From Stylophora pistillata (Eukaryota), in contig NW_019218091.1 of NCBI RefSeq assembly GCF_002571385.2, forward strand, positions 213,963 to 277,962: DNA of 64,000 nt. The letters are read 5' to 3'. The stretch's first letter is position 1. Every line of letters begins with the position of its first letter. This document shows positions 48,483 to 61,655 of this stretch, piece after piece. The translations under genes were made by a program, and so were the position numbers. Below the pieces are notes generated by a model. That model saw nothing but the letters and a program-made list of their open reading frames with translations. It did no database searches and was not told the origin of the DNA.

Positions 48483-51400
48483 TTATTCAGTAAATTCTTC
48501 GTCAATTTCATCCTCTTGAGTGTCAATTTCGTCAGTTTCATCCTCTGGGGCGTCACTCTTGGCTCTTTCGGGAAATAAAATAGTTAAAAACAGTTAATCA
48601 TAGATCAGACGTAATTTAGATAAAATTGTTTTCAAACCAGTGATAGCTGTAAACATACCTTGTCCCACGACATCTGAAACCTGGTTTAAACACATTCAGG
48701 TCCATTTCGGGCAGCTTATAACATTCGACGAATATCTTTGACTGTTGCAATACCCTCCTGGGAATAGAAGGGATGTTCTCAGCATTGTCGCAGATTATCT
48801 TGGCCAATGTTACTCTTCTTATTTCTTGCAGTTGGCATTGCGTGAAAGCTGTTTTTGTCGTGTTTAGTATTCCGTTGGGCGCATTTTCATGCCAGAAGCG
48901 CTCACCCTCTCGTAGGCGTTTGAACTGCTCGGCTATTAGACATTGAAAGGTTTTCCCCAATACACCCCCCTCCGGATCTGCACGTTCCATCATTCCTGTA
49001 AGGAATCATAATAATAACAATCACTATAAACGCTAAATTAAGCCCCCACCCCCCTCCTCTAGTGCTTAATTGTTTTAGCTGTGTTAGCTGAACGATAAGT
49101 TTTAGTGCCGAGCGTGGTTTATATGGCTGTGTCCTCCAATGGGTATAATAAAGCGAATCCGATGTTATGATTGGCCACACGAATAAGCAAGGTTCGGGAT
49201 CACTCGCTTTGATCCCGCAAAAGGAAACAAAGAGCTTGTAGGTGGTTCACATTTGTAGTGTTTAGACATTTCGTTACTGTTATATAGAGTTATCTGTGCG
49301 CTAAGAATCATGGTACTGTAACATGGCGTGCTCGCCAGGTGTAGATTAAAGAAACCGTTGAGTTTATCTGCGCTTATCTGGGTATTAACAGGCCATCATT
49401 ACAACATTCCTCAAAAAAATATTGCAGCATTTTGGCACCAAGAAAGTAAAAGATTTGTCTCCAGACAGTTGATACCGAAAACAGTACTACAAAGTTACTG
49501 AAAAGCTTTATTTGAACGTCGACATTAATTCGAGATTGCTTTGGTTTGTATTTTCTTTGCTCTTTTATTGATCCAATCTCTTGGTAAGTAGCGTTTCCCG
49601 CGCTCCAGTCAGTTTGATCACCTACTTAGAGTTCTTATTGGCTCCTTGTGATATGCGCCTTTTTTCTCATTGGCAGGTGCGATTGTTTTGGTTTTGGTTT
49701 TACAACATTCCATCGAAATGCACTCTATATAGTAGAACAGGATTGCATTATTTTTCGATTTTCTTTGTGGCCGGTCAGGAAAAGTTGTGTCGCCCTCTTA
49801 ACTGACGAGATAAATAACTTAATCCAAATGTGACTTGATCACTTGCGTTTTCATTCACTTTAGTCAGTTTTCTTGCTTTCTCCCTCTCCCCCACTCCCTT
49901 ATGTGAGTTCTGATTGACTCCTTATGATAATTCTCTGAGTTCTGATTGGCTCCTTATGATAATTCCTTGAGCTCTGATTGGCTGTTGTGATTACTTTGCA
50001 CTTGGTTTCACGCACTCAATCGAAAATCAGTGTGTAGCGGCATTGCGCCTGTGCAGACATACCTCCAACAAAAAGATCGATGTCCTGGACAGACTGGTAC
50101 TGGGACCTCAAATTATTTATATCTTTTTTGCCAATGCCAGCATTTTCCAGATCTTCGAACTTGCCTACTTTTGGTGTAATTTTACAAAACTCGTTTCGAT
50201 ATGTCGTGTATGAAGGCACACCGCGTTCGCGTCCTCTTTGGATGTTGATGGCTATGAGGTCAGACAAGTCACCGGGGCCTCGAAACAGATTTTCTTGTAC
50301 AGACTTGGAAAAGAGCCTAGAGTGAGAATAAGGTCAACCGAAGGATCAATCGTATGAAAATCATTATCTTGTATTGAGTTACTGGTAATCCTACCCATAT
50401 GTGGGGATCTATAGAGATCGGATATTTTTAATTGCGGTATTAGTCGCTTTTTCGTTTTAACTCTTCCCTGAAACAAACCTGATCGGGGAAGATCTTTTTT
50501 TAACGAATATTCTAGCAAGGATTTTGTCTTTCTCGAGGGAAAAAGTTTAAATCAGATATATTTGGGTAAAATGATTTTTCACTCGATTTTGACGTTTAAT
50601 TAACTGTCTTGTTTATTTCCCAAAACCGCCGACCCTCTTTCACCTAATAACTGCTCTCCCACTCTATCTCCTTCGTATCCATTGGCTCGCTTTTTCTAAA
50701 CAAGAGATATGTAAAACTATCTTCTACATAACTTTTATCTCTCACTCACCCATCAACTTTGGCTGCGGGACTCTTCACTAAGCCTCTAAAGATGGAATCG
50801 ACACCACCACTACACTTGTCATAAAGGTAGGTTGGATTACCAAAGTCCAGTACGGGGATGGAAGGATACTCTGACTTAGAATCACTGCTGCATTTGTGTT
50901 CAAAGCCGTCTTGAGTAAAACGTAAAAATTCCTCTTGAACCAAACTATGGCCAAATCGGTAAGCAGCCGCAGAGAAGGCTTGGGACATCTGGGCATTGAC
51001 ATCGGGGTTGTAACCTTTGAAATACCTTCTTCCTTTCAGCAGAGAGAGATTATTTTCTCTGATCTACAAAATGAAGAAAAAAAAGTCAGTTTGAAACTAA
51101 GAAAAAAAAAAGAGAGAGATTTAGAAACTGTTACCTACCGTTTTGGGGCTAAGAAGCAATGGCAGATCTTCGTTGTATGTAATGAATTGTAATTCCGCCC
51201 CGACAATTCTCCTGGTCTCCTGGTAAATCTGCTCTGCTTCCCAATCTGTGTTTTTACCAAAAAAATCTGCTATTCGGTTGTGTTCCCGGACGAACAGAGT
51301 ATGAACTGACATGAGACCTGTTGTATCCATCAAATATATATCATTAGGTGGATGATGCAAGAGAGTTATTTGATAAAGGGTAAGATAGAAGGACTTATGC

Positions 51401-53982
51401 CGACAAACGCCCGCGTAGGATCCTTCCCACATTTCTCAGGGCATGGTTTTAGAACCCCTTCACCACTTGGAATTACCAAAAAGTAGTTTCTCCCCGCAAC
51501 ATGTGTACTTCGTAAAGCAAAAAGGTGACAAGAAGAAAGAATTATATCAACATGGGTGTATCATTTGATTTTTACTGACAAACTCCCAGAACTATCACCG
51601 TGAGAAGTGTATCGTAAACATTTAAAGAGTAATAGTGTTGAGATCTTGGGAATAAAAGGGTTAATCAGGGCGCATGTGCAATTTGATCTTTCCAGTCATG
51701 TCTTAATAGGGATGTCTGTGCACAAGCGTTGACAGGGTGTCAAGTTGACGATGTGTTATCTACATAATTATGTAGCAGTAACAAATTTTACAGTTTTATA
51801 TCAAATATTTGGTCTGAATACGCTATGGGCGTAGTTGCAAAAGATCGATAGACCACAGTCTAGTCTTTTTGTCTTGATCAAGAGTGAGAGGTGACCTCAC
51901 CTTGATTCTCGTTCACTCTTTCGTCTCCGGCATCGAAACAAGGTCTGTTAGGATCTCTTGATACGCACGGCACCTCAGTATCTGTTTCTGCTGGTAAAAG
52001 ATCCCCCAAAGGGCAGCCGTATAGAGGTTTCATAATTCTCATTCTCCCATCGGGGGCTCGAAGGTGTTCAGCCTCCTCATCGTCAGAGCCGTAAACGTTG
52101 GACGCGTCGATGAAAGCTGTTATCGTATTGGTGTGCTCTCTTGGTCCTGGTGAACACTCTGTTTTAAATTGATCGGGAGCATCTCGAATCACCTTGAAGA
52201 ATGAAACACCCCTCTTCCGGAAGACGTAATCATCGGACGGAACCTCAATGTTGAAACACTCTGGGTTAGTGGAGTTTGGGGCTTCACAGTTAATTTTTTG
52301 TTCTTCCGCCAGCGTTACGTCATGGTCCAGGAACTGACCCCAATTCATGGCCAAGTGTGTCAGCGTTGGAGAATCAGGGTTTTGGCGGTCTGCATTGAAG
52401 GCAAGGACGAAACGACTCACGTTTCTCGCGTTGGGTAACTTGCTTCCATTTAGTGCCTCACGAGGTGTCGAGACCTGATTTGCATAATCAGCAAGTTGTA
52501 GTCGTTTGAAGGGAGTAGGGGCTGCTCCAAATAAGGGTTGTCGCACATTATTGCAAGTTCCATGAATTGTTCTAAAACGGGCCTCCTCCTTAGACTGATT
52601 TCGACATTCCGCGTGCCGTAATTGTCGCGGTTGTAAACACTGAAGAACCTTTCTCCTGCAGATGGTTATTCTCTCCTCCCTGAAAAACAAAAAACCAAAT
52701 ATGAATTATTTAGTGGCAGAGTACCACTTGAAATTCAAACACCACAAGAACTTTGGAATGCGATTACTGAAATAAGAAACGCACTAGTAATTGTAAAGGA
52801 CAACTGAGGTATTAGCAAGACTGAAGTACCGTGGCTTGAATTGAATTATTCAGTATTGGCTTAACAATGTACGATGAAAAGAAAGGGTGAGCGTAAGTTT
52901 CAGAGTAAAATATCTTTTCGAGATAAATATTTCAGATTTACTTTTAACGAAAAGTTAAGGAATTAAGGTTAATCAGAAATCTTAAAACGGGCGTGAGTAA
53001 TTGAGAAAAATGTGTTTTCATAAAAGAAAAAGTTTACTTGATAACTTTCAAGGGTCCATGAATTGCAATTCCCTGGTTAGTGGTTACATTCATTAAATCC
53101 TTAAACCAGAGTAGCTTCAAACTATGTCTAGCTTTGAAGGTGTCATAAACTCCGTTAAGCGGGAACTCCCTAGCGACCATCGGCGGCAAATAGCCTCTAC
53201 GAACTCAGACCGAAATGGACTCCACTCAGTACTATTTCCTGCAAATAACCTTTTCAATGCAAAATAGTTTGGGGTGATTTCTTAAAAAGCAGAGCGTGCA
53301 CGAGGTTTTTTTTTTCGTGAAGGCACCCGCGAGGGTTTAACTTAATCTTTCTGAAAGTGTAAATTTTAGTAATTAACTTCGATTCAATGAGAAAAAAAAT
53401 TGTCTTTTTCGTCCAAAGTTGAAACGCAAAAGTTTGGAGTAACCTCAAGTATCAAAACTTAGCCTTAGGGCTGGCCGTTAACGCCTCTTTGTGTTCTCGT
53501 GCTGGAAACACTTACCCACTTGCAGTTATTTTTAAAAGGTGCAAAACATTTTTTTTCTCACAAATGTCTCGAATGGCACTAATGACACAAGCTTCGTCCT
53601 GTAAAGCCCTAAGCACTTTCGAGTCGTCCGCCTCTGATTTTTTACCATGTTGTAGTATCTGAAAGTTTTTTGTCGGACAAAATGTATATTCTGCCTTTCT
53701 CTGTTTTAGTAAGCTATCAGGTTTTTCGCTTTTGGCTTCAGCCATGGATTTGTTCGCCACGGCTTTGAATTCATCTTTTATTTGTTTGCAAACATCGGTC
53801 GGCTCGCTTTCTTGCACCTGTTCCATGTCCAGGTCATTCATTTCGGCAAGGTCATCCACCACGTCTGGGGTAGTGTGGGTGTCTCCTTCAAATCGGTCTT
53901 GGTTATTTAGAACAGAAGAGGATCCCTGCTCCAATCCCAGAACCAAGATAAGCAGTAAAGCACTGAGTAAGCGTTCTGCCAT
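48483..53982 (-). CDS. Secreted animal heme peroxidase, paralog C, 803 aa
   Basis: Exons 53982-53516, 52679-51901, 51317-51139, 51063-50750, 50316-50063, 48995-48659, 48564-48483 (TAA); 2412 nt in frame. Internal exon lengths identical to B (779/179/314/254/337). Motifs WGQFLDHD, GDERVNE, AAYRFGHS. Confidence 0.94.
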
Positions 53983-54309
53983 GTTGTCTAATGAAGGGAT
54001 GAAAACATTAACTTGAGACCGTCAAGTCAGTGCAACCAAGAACCTAATTGTAAAGGTCAATCAATTTATTAGTGATGTTATTGCTAATAATGTTGACAAC
54101 ACCATTCTCGTCATCCCCTTTTATTCAAGGGGAATAAAATTGTTTTTATTCCCCTTGGTTTTAGGTGGTATGTCATGTGTGATCCCGCGAATTATGCCTT
54201 GATTGTTAAAAAATAAACTTGATTCTGTAAAAATGATGGACCTGACTCTTTGAAAACTAAATCTAATATCTGGATAAGCAACCTCAAAATGCAGCCCCTA
54301 CTGACTTGC

Positions 54310-54436
54310 CGTGATTCTCGTTAGTGCAAGGCTAGATGGTTTCTGCGTCAGAGCGACATAAAACTGATTAAAACTTATTCTTTAAATCGAGGTGAATAGT
54401 TTGCACAAAGAAACCACTAAATTCGACTTTTTTATA
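54310..54436 (-). promoter_or_regulatory. Probable TATA box and non-coding first exon of peroxidase C
   Basis: TATAAAAA at 54436-54429 in a block conserved with B (AAACCACTAAA.TTCGA.CTTTTTATAGATC). Candidate donor G|GCAAGT at 54309. Confidence 0.55.
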
Positions 54437-57400
54437 GATCGAGGGCCACTGGCGCATGCAACTTCATTTAAGTCATGCGCATTAAGACGTGACAGTCCGA
54501 AATTATAGCAACTCCTAAAGCTGACTGACACGTTTATTTAGAACAAATTCCCAAAAACTACGACGGAAAATCTTCATCAGAATAACAGTGTTTCAAGAAA
54601 TTATCGAAGAATGTTTGATCAACAAATGCCAAAGACGCCTTCACATGCTCCGACGTCCGTCATGGATTCGAACTTGTTGTTGAATTTAATTATGGCCAGT
54701 GACAGCGAACGTAGAGAGAGTTTTCATTATTTCTGAAGACAAACCATCGACGATGATATGTCCCGATTCAATTTATTGTGAAAGGAAGGTTTTATGGGGC
54801 TCTTGCAGAGGTGTTAAAGGCGGCGCTCTCCGATTGAGGTAAGCTTTGCTTTGTTGTTGAATCCTTTCGCTTAGCTAACAGGATTGTTGTTGAATAGTAA
54901 TTGCTGCAGGGTTAGGAGTTAAGGTCTAAACTCTCCTGTAACTTAGAGAGTCGAAAAGAAATTTTGCATCCCAATAAATTGCCATCAGTAAACCGCTTAT
55001 CAAACGTTTGAACGGTTTCAAGTTGATAACGAAAATATATTCGCATGAGAGAGCTGTCTGTAAATATAAAATGTAAAACGCAAATGTAAAATGTTTTGCA
55101 AGCACGAGTTTGGTTTTAACTTTTAAAAATCTTAGATGATTTCTGTCTTTTCACATAGTTGTAATACATGGCTTAATGATCCTAGCATAGTCAAACCGTT
55201 CGTGTTCACTTCCAAGGTTACTTTGGCAATCCGAAGTCCATTAAAAAATGTTTCTCAAAATTTATTCTTGAGGCATAAATAAATCCGTCACATCATTATG
55301 TCACAGAGATATAGCTGTTGAAATTTAGTGCGTGGGTGTCCTCCTACAAGGAATTCGCAGATTATTTATTTGAAAGGTCAATCCTATTTCCGCGTTCATG
55401 ATGGGTTTGAAAATAACCGCAGCCCTAATGTATAAGGTAAATTAAATCGAAATACTGTAGCAAAGACAACTGAATCTGAAGTCGTAACAAGGTAATCAGC
55501 GAAATACCATAAAAATCAAAGCTTTGGTCTGACTTCCCTATCATCACACAAACCAACGGTAGCAGCTAACTCTTGACGAATTCTCGCTCGCTAATTGGTC
55601 TCTTTAGCCCGCGTGTAAACCATATTTGACGTCAACAATTTGATTTGAACCAGTTTGAGCAATAACTGTGGGTGAGTGTTCCTTGAGGTTCCGCGAGGTG
55701 TATCACAATTTTGGCGAATGCCTTGAACTCTGACTGAGCCGTATTATGAGAAAATAAAATGCATTTCTTCTGCACCGTGAAATTAAGCCAAAAAAACAAA
55801 CTAAGAAACAAACGACGAAGAATATTTGGTTTAGCGTAGCATGTTTTTAAAGCCTTTTTCTTTTTCATACTAGAATGTCGGTGCTCTGATTGATTATCGG
55901 CAAAAACTTTTTGTTGAGTGTGCAGTTTTCAATTCACTTTGTAGCAGGCTGTCGATCAGACAAAAGACCTTCTAAGTCGTTGTAAAAGTTGAAAATAAAA
56001 AGCTCACACCGTGGTACCATTGCATAATGATTGAAGAAAGCCAATTTAATCTTATTTATGTAGAATTAATGGTCTAGATATTTATTGCTGCGTCTGTATT
56101 TACCGCTCATTTGAACACTGTGATCATCACCAATATCCTTCAAAGGGCTAATTAATCCAGTGATTTTGATCAGCTCTTTGATTTGAAATCAAGCGATTCT
56201 TTTCAAATGGAAAGCATCAGAATATTGCAAAATCTGATATTGTCTGGAACCTATTCCGAAGCAATTCGAGAATTTCTTTGGCAATCTGTTCTGACGCGAG
56301 AATAATGGTCACACACCAAAAAGTTTTAGAGACCTTTAGATACTTATAAACTTAGATGTTCATAAAAAAAAGGACGTACACAAAATATTAATGCAAGGAC
56401 ATGCATTGGTATTGATAACTAATTGACATAGTTCATTCTTACCTTTAAGCCACTTTGATCCTTCGCATTGGGAATACCACACAGCTCAAACTTTGGTCTT
56501 AAAACTTCTTATTTATACTCCCAAACAGGAACTTTATAAGGTCATTGTGTCTTTTGTTATGGTATTTTTGAACGCAGTTGAAATAATTGTTTGTCCCAGA
56601 CAACGGTTTTTAATCGATCAATTTCATCACACCGGGAAAATACATGATTTGTATTTATTTTCAGCAAGGGTAGCTCGTCAAAAAGGTTGCAATTAAAATA
56701 ATTATGCTTGGTCTACATTTACTTGCATTGCTTAATAGTTTTTGCATTTAAAAGTACTATAGAAATCTAATGCTTAAGTCCCAAAATGTGTGGACTTAAA
56801 TGTATTTTAGGCTCCTAAAAGTGCACTTACTTCATTACGGAGATTTGATTTAATAGTTGTTTGAGTTTACTAGGTGCGTGTCTTCCAGCAAGGAATTCGC
56901 TGGTTTTTTTTTTATCATCATCATTATTATCATTATCAAATCGAGCTTAAACGTCTTAAACTAAATTCCGCATTCACGAGTTTAAAAATAAACACAGCGA
57001 TATTGTAAGATTTAGAAATACAAATTATCAATGCTCAACTCTCAGGGGAAGTTGACGGTATTGACAAATCCTTGCCGAGATCGGGATTTTGTGAGAGGCA
57101 GTTAATTCTGGAAACCCCTTTTTTTTTTCTAAAGCGTCCACTATCGTCTTGAACAAATTTTGATGAATAATTAATTCGATCACTAGTTGTTTGAGTACAT
57201 GGATGTGTCCCAACAAGGACCTCGCTGTTTTTTTAAAGGTCAAAACTATTTTCCGCGTTTATACGAGATAAAAAATTAAAACCGGTGGAAATGTTAGGAA
57301 AAATGAATCAGATATGAATGAGCAACTCTCAAGAGAAAGCAAAACAAGGTTTAAGAAAAGTAAATCAGTGGCGATCAGCGTTTTCACAAAGTGGCTGTTT

Positions 57401-58754
57401 TGGTCTGAAAAACCTTTAGTTTGCTTGCAGTATTACTTCTTCTTTTGTTTGCTTCTTCTTTTGTTTGCTTCTCAGTATTATCGTCAAACAAGGGGTTATT
57501 TCATGAAACAAAATTTATTATCGTGCGCTCACCGACTTAATTTTTCCGTGTTTGTCATGTCATAGTAAACCTCGTTTGCCGTCTCAATTTGGTTTTAACA
57601 ATGGCTGTGGGTCAGTGTTCCTTGAATTGAGTGTGTTACCTTATTTTGGCGACTGTCTGGACCGGTGATTGAACCCCAATGAAAATTGATTTGACAACAG
57701 TACAGGCTGTAGACCAGACAAAAGACTTTTAAGTCGCTATGAAAAGCGACAATAACAAGTGAGCATTGTGGCACCATCTTAAAGAAACGTGAGCGAATTC
57801 AATTTTGCTCGTTTAAACTCAATGGCAGTCATCCATTTAATGTTTTGTTCTCATTGACGGTTCAATCAAGGTTCATCTGAATGCTGCCATCATACTATTA
57901 TCCTTAAAAGGGCTAATTGATCCAGTGATTACGATCAGGCTTTCATGTAAAAGACAAATTCCTACGAAAATAATTGGAATAAAATGTAGTTTAATCTCAT
58001 CTTGTGAGGAACCCATTGCGAAACCGGTTCTCGAAATCATTTCCGGTCTGTTGACGCTTAGACAGCAATTCTTACAGACTTAAAAATTTAAAGACTCTTT
58101 AACACCTACAGACTTAAATGCCAATAATTGTTCATGTAAAAATTGATATTAATGTCTAACTCACATGGTATACTTTTGCATTCAACTTTGCTGGCTTAAA
58201 ATGTCCTATTTGATAACCCCAAGAAGGAACACTAAAAGGCCATTGTGGCTTTGATTGTAGTATTTCTAATCAAACAATGTGCATAATTATGCAAAGGTTA
58301 TGTCACTTGCACAGCTAACAGTTTTCTCGACCTAGATTACCTATGCAATCCGAAGTCCATAAATACTTTTATATAGTTCTGTCCTCGCGGGATAGTTACT
58401 GCGGTTATATCATCAAGTAGCGGTGATTTAGTTGTTCGAGTTTGATTCGTGGTTTCCTTCCAACAAGGACTTCACTTGTTTGTTTGTCTTTTAGTGTTTT
58501 TTTTTTTTTTTTTAGTGAACGTCAATTCCAATTTTCCGCGTTCAGATTTAAAGATAAACGCAGGTTAAGTGAAAGAAAATTTGAAGCTCAACCCTCAAGA
58601 GAATGTAATGTAAGGTTTGAAGAAAGGCAATCAAAGAAAAAAATAGCTAATAAAGTGATCAGGTTTTTGCATTTAAAAAAAGACATATCCTTGAATCTTC
58701 AGTTCGAACTCGTAAATTGTTAGGTTAAAGTCAGTATCTTTTTAAATCCGAATT

Positions 58755-59621
58755 NNNNNNNNNNNNNNNNNNNNNNNNNNNNNNNNNNNNNNNNNNNNNN
58801 NNNNNNNNNNNNNNNNNNNNNNNNNNNNNNNNNNNNNNNNNNNNNNNNNNNNNNNNNNNNNNNNNNNNNNNNNNNNNNNNNNNNNNNNNNNNNNNNNNNN
58901 NNNNNNNNNNNNNNNNNNNNNNNNNNNNNNNNNNNNNNNNNNNNNNNNNNNNNNNNNNNNNNNNNNNNNNNNNNNNNNNNNNNNNNNNNNNNNNNNNNNN
59001 NNNNNNNNNNNNNNNNNNNNNNNNNNNNNNNNNNNNNNNNNNNNNNNNNNNNNNNNNNNNNNNNNNNNNNNNNNNNNNNNNNNNNNNNNNNNNNNNNNNN
59101 NNNNNNNNNNNNNNNNNNNNNNNNNNNNNNNNNNNNNNNNNNNNNNNNNNNNNNNNNNNNNNNNNNNNNNNNNNNNNNNNNNNNNNNNNNNNNNNNNNNN
59201 NNNNNNNNNNNNNNNNNNNNNNNNNNNNNNNNNNNNNNNNNNNNNNNNNNNNNNNNNNNNNNNNNNNNNNNNNNNNNNNNNNNNNNNNNNNNNNNNNNNN
59301 NNNNNNNNNNNNNNNNNNNNNNNNNNNNNNNNNNNNNNNNNNNNNNNNNNNNNNNNNNNNNNNNNNNNNNNNNNNNNNNNNNNNNNNNNNNNNNNNNNNN
59401 NNNNNNNNNNNNNNNNNNNNNNNNNNNNNNNNNNNNNNNNNNNNNNNNNNNNNNNNNNNNNNNNNNNNNNNNNNNNNNNNNNNNNNNNNNNNNNNNNNNN
59501 NNNNNNNNNNNNNNNNNNNNNNNNNNNNNNNNNNNNNNNNNNNNNNNNNNNNNNNNNNNNNNNNNNNNNNNNNNNNNNNNNNNNNNNNNNNNNNNNNNNN
59601 NNNNNNNNNNNNNNNNNNNNN
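58755..59621. other. Assembly gap (867 N); single Ns also at 30528, 47575, 61656
   Basis: Directly visible. Confidence 0.99.
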
Positions 59622-59934
59622 CTATTCCATATTTTTATAAATGATCTAGAGATCTATTTAGATACCCTGCCAGTGTTATTCTAGTATGCTGCTGTTTCAA
59701 ATATCATTGCTCCTGTTTACAATTTAAAGACATGTCTGAGACATTGGTCAAACATTTCTTAGAGTGGATAGAAAAAATGGAATGTTATTTAACCCCAGCA
59801 AATGTAAGGAGCTTACAGTCCTTGAAAGGCAATCATGAATTGTACCCTCCTGTGTTAGGGATCCCTAGTTGTACTTATGTGAGCATTCTAGGTGTCACCT
59901 TTCAGAGTGACTGTAGGTTCAATACACATGTTAA
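59622..59934 (+). mobile_element. Degenerate non-LTR retrotransposon (CR1/L2-group-like) reverse-transcriptase fragment
   Basis: Translates LFHIFINDL...LF*YAAVS (decayed LFxIFINDL...YADD) and, after frameshifts, SILGVTFQSDCRFNTHVK. Confidence 0.7.
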
Positions 59935-60545
59935 AGTGCACCTAAACCCAAAATTTTTTTTTCGCTTAACGAAATAAGCTTATTTTTTGGAGTATTTCTG
60001 TGCAAAAATTTTTTAATTTGCTCAAATCTTTAATTTTCTATGCCCAGTCAAAATACGGAAAATCGGCCGCCATCTTGCCCCACGACCGAGTTTAAAGAAG
60101 AATGGCTCTAGCGGGTAATGTGACGTCAAATCGAGAACACGAAAGTCTGCATCTCACACATTTTCACTTGTTTGGGAAGATTGTCGTCGATATTGTCCGA
60201 AATATGCCGACTAGGTGTGTTGTATGAAGAATGTATGAAGCGCGATACCCTCTTGCAAATTTCGCACGTTGCTACATCCTTCTACAACACACTTAGTCGG
60301 CATATTTTCGGACAATTATCGACTACAACCTTCCCAAACAAGTGAAAATGTGTGAAATGCAGACTTTCGTGTTCTCGATTTGACGTCACATTACCCACTA
60401 GAGCCATTCCTCTTTAAACTCGGTCGTGGGGCAAGATGGCGGCCGATTTTCCGTATTTTGACTGGGCATAGAAAATTAAAGATTTGAGGAAATTAAAAAA
60501 TTTTTGCACAGAAATACTCCAAAAAATAAGCTTATTTCGTTAAGC
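59935..60545. mobile_element. Palindromic Kolobok-type MITE, right terminus truncated
   Basis: Left end TTAA|AGTGCACC (TTAA target, RR terminus). About 270-bp near-perfect inverted arms spanning 59964-60545. Confidence 0.75.
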
Positions 60546-60547
60546 TT

Positions 60548-61655
60548 ATAATGGTCACACACCAAAAAGTTTTTGAGACCTTTAGATACTTATAAACTTA
60601 GATGTTCATAAAAAAAAGACCTACACAAAATATTAATGCAAGGACATAAATTGGTATTGATGACTAACTGACATAGTTCATTCTTACCTTTAAGCCAGTT
60701 TGATTCTTCGCATTGGGAATACCACGCAGCTCAAACTTTAGTCTTAAAACTTCTTATTTATACCCCCAAACAGGAACTTTATCAATTCATTGTGTCTTTT
60801 GTTTTGGTATTTTTGAATGCAGTTGAAATAATTGTTTGTCCCAGACAACGGTTTTTAATCGATCAATTTCATCACATCGGGAAAATATATGATTTGTTTT
60901 TATTTTTAGAAAGGGTAGCTCGTCAAAAAGGTTGCAATTAAAATAATTATGCTTGGTCTATATTTACTTGCATTGCTTAATAGTTTTTGCATTTAAAAGT
61001 ACTATAGAAATCTAATGCTAAAGTCCCAAAATGTGTTGACTTAAATGTATTTTAGGCTCCTAAAAGTGCACTTGCTTCATTACGGAGATTTGATTTAATA
61101 GTTGTTTGAGTTTACTAGGTGCGTGTCTTCCAGCAAGAAATTCGCTGGTTTTTTTTTTATCATCATCATTATTATCATTATCAAATCGAGCTTAAACGTC
61201 TTAAACTAAATTCCGCATTCACGAGTTTAAAAATAAACAAAGCGATATTGTAAGGTTTAGAAATACGAAGTATCAATGCTCAACTCTCATGGGAAGTTGA
61301 CGATATTGACAAATCCTTGCCGAGATCGGATTTTTGTGAGAGGCAATTAATTCTGGAAACCTTTTTTTTTTCTTTCTAAAGCGTCCGCTATCGTTTTGAA
61401 CAAATTCTGATGAATAATTAATTCGATCACTAGTTGTTTGAGTACATGGATGTCTTCCAACAAGGAACTCGCTGTTTTTTTTAAAGGTCAAAACTATTTT
61501 CCGCGTTTATACGAGAAAAAAAATTAAAAGCGGTGGAAATGTTAGAAAAAGTGAACCAGATATGAATGAGCAACTCTCAACAGAAAGCAAAACAAGGGTT
61601 AAGAAAAGTAAAGCAGAGAAATACTGGTAAATCACGTGGCGATCAGCGTTTTCAC
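60548..61655 (+). repeat. Near-identical duplicate of 56302-57387 (possible haplotig)
   Basis: Colinear, roughly 95% identical by eye. Ends at a single N (61656). Confidence 0.9.

Noticed and set aside
14269-53982. Naming the genes peroxidasin (PXDN), MPO or peroxinectin
   Set aside because: No LRR/Ig/vWC exons, no Met243, and no RGD/KGD motif seen. Orthology needs a phylogeny.
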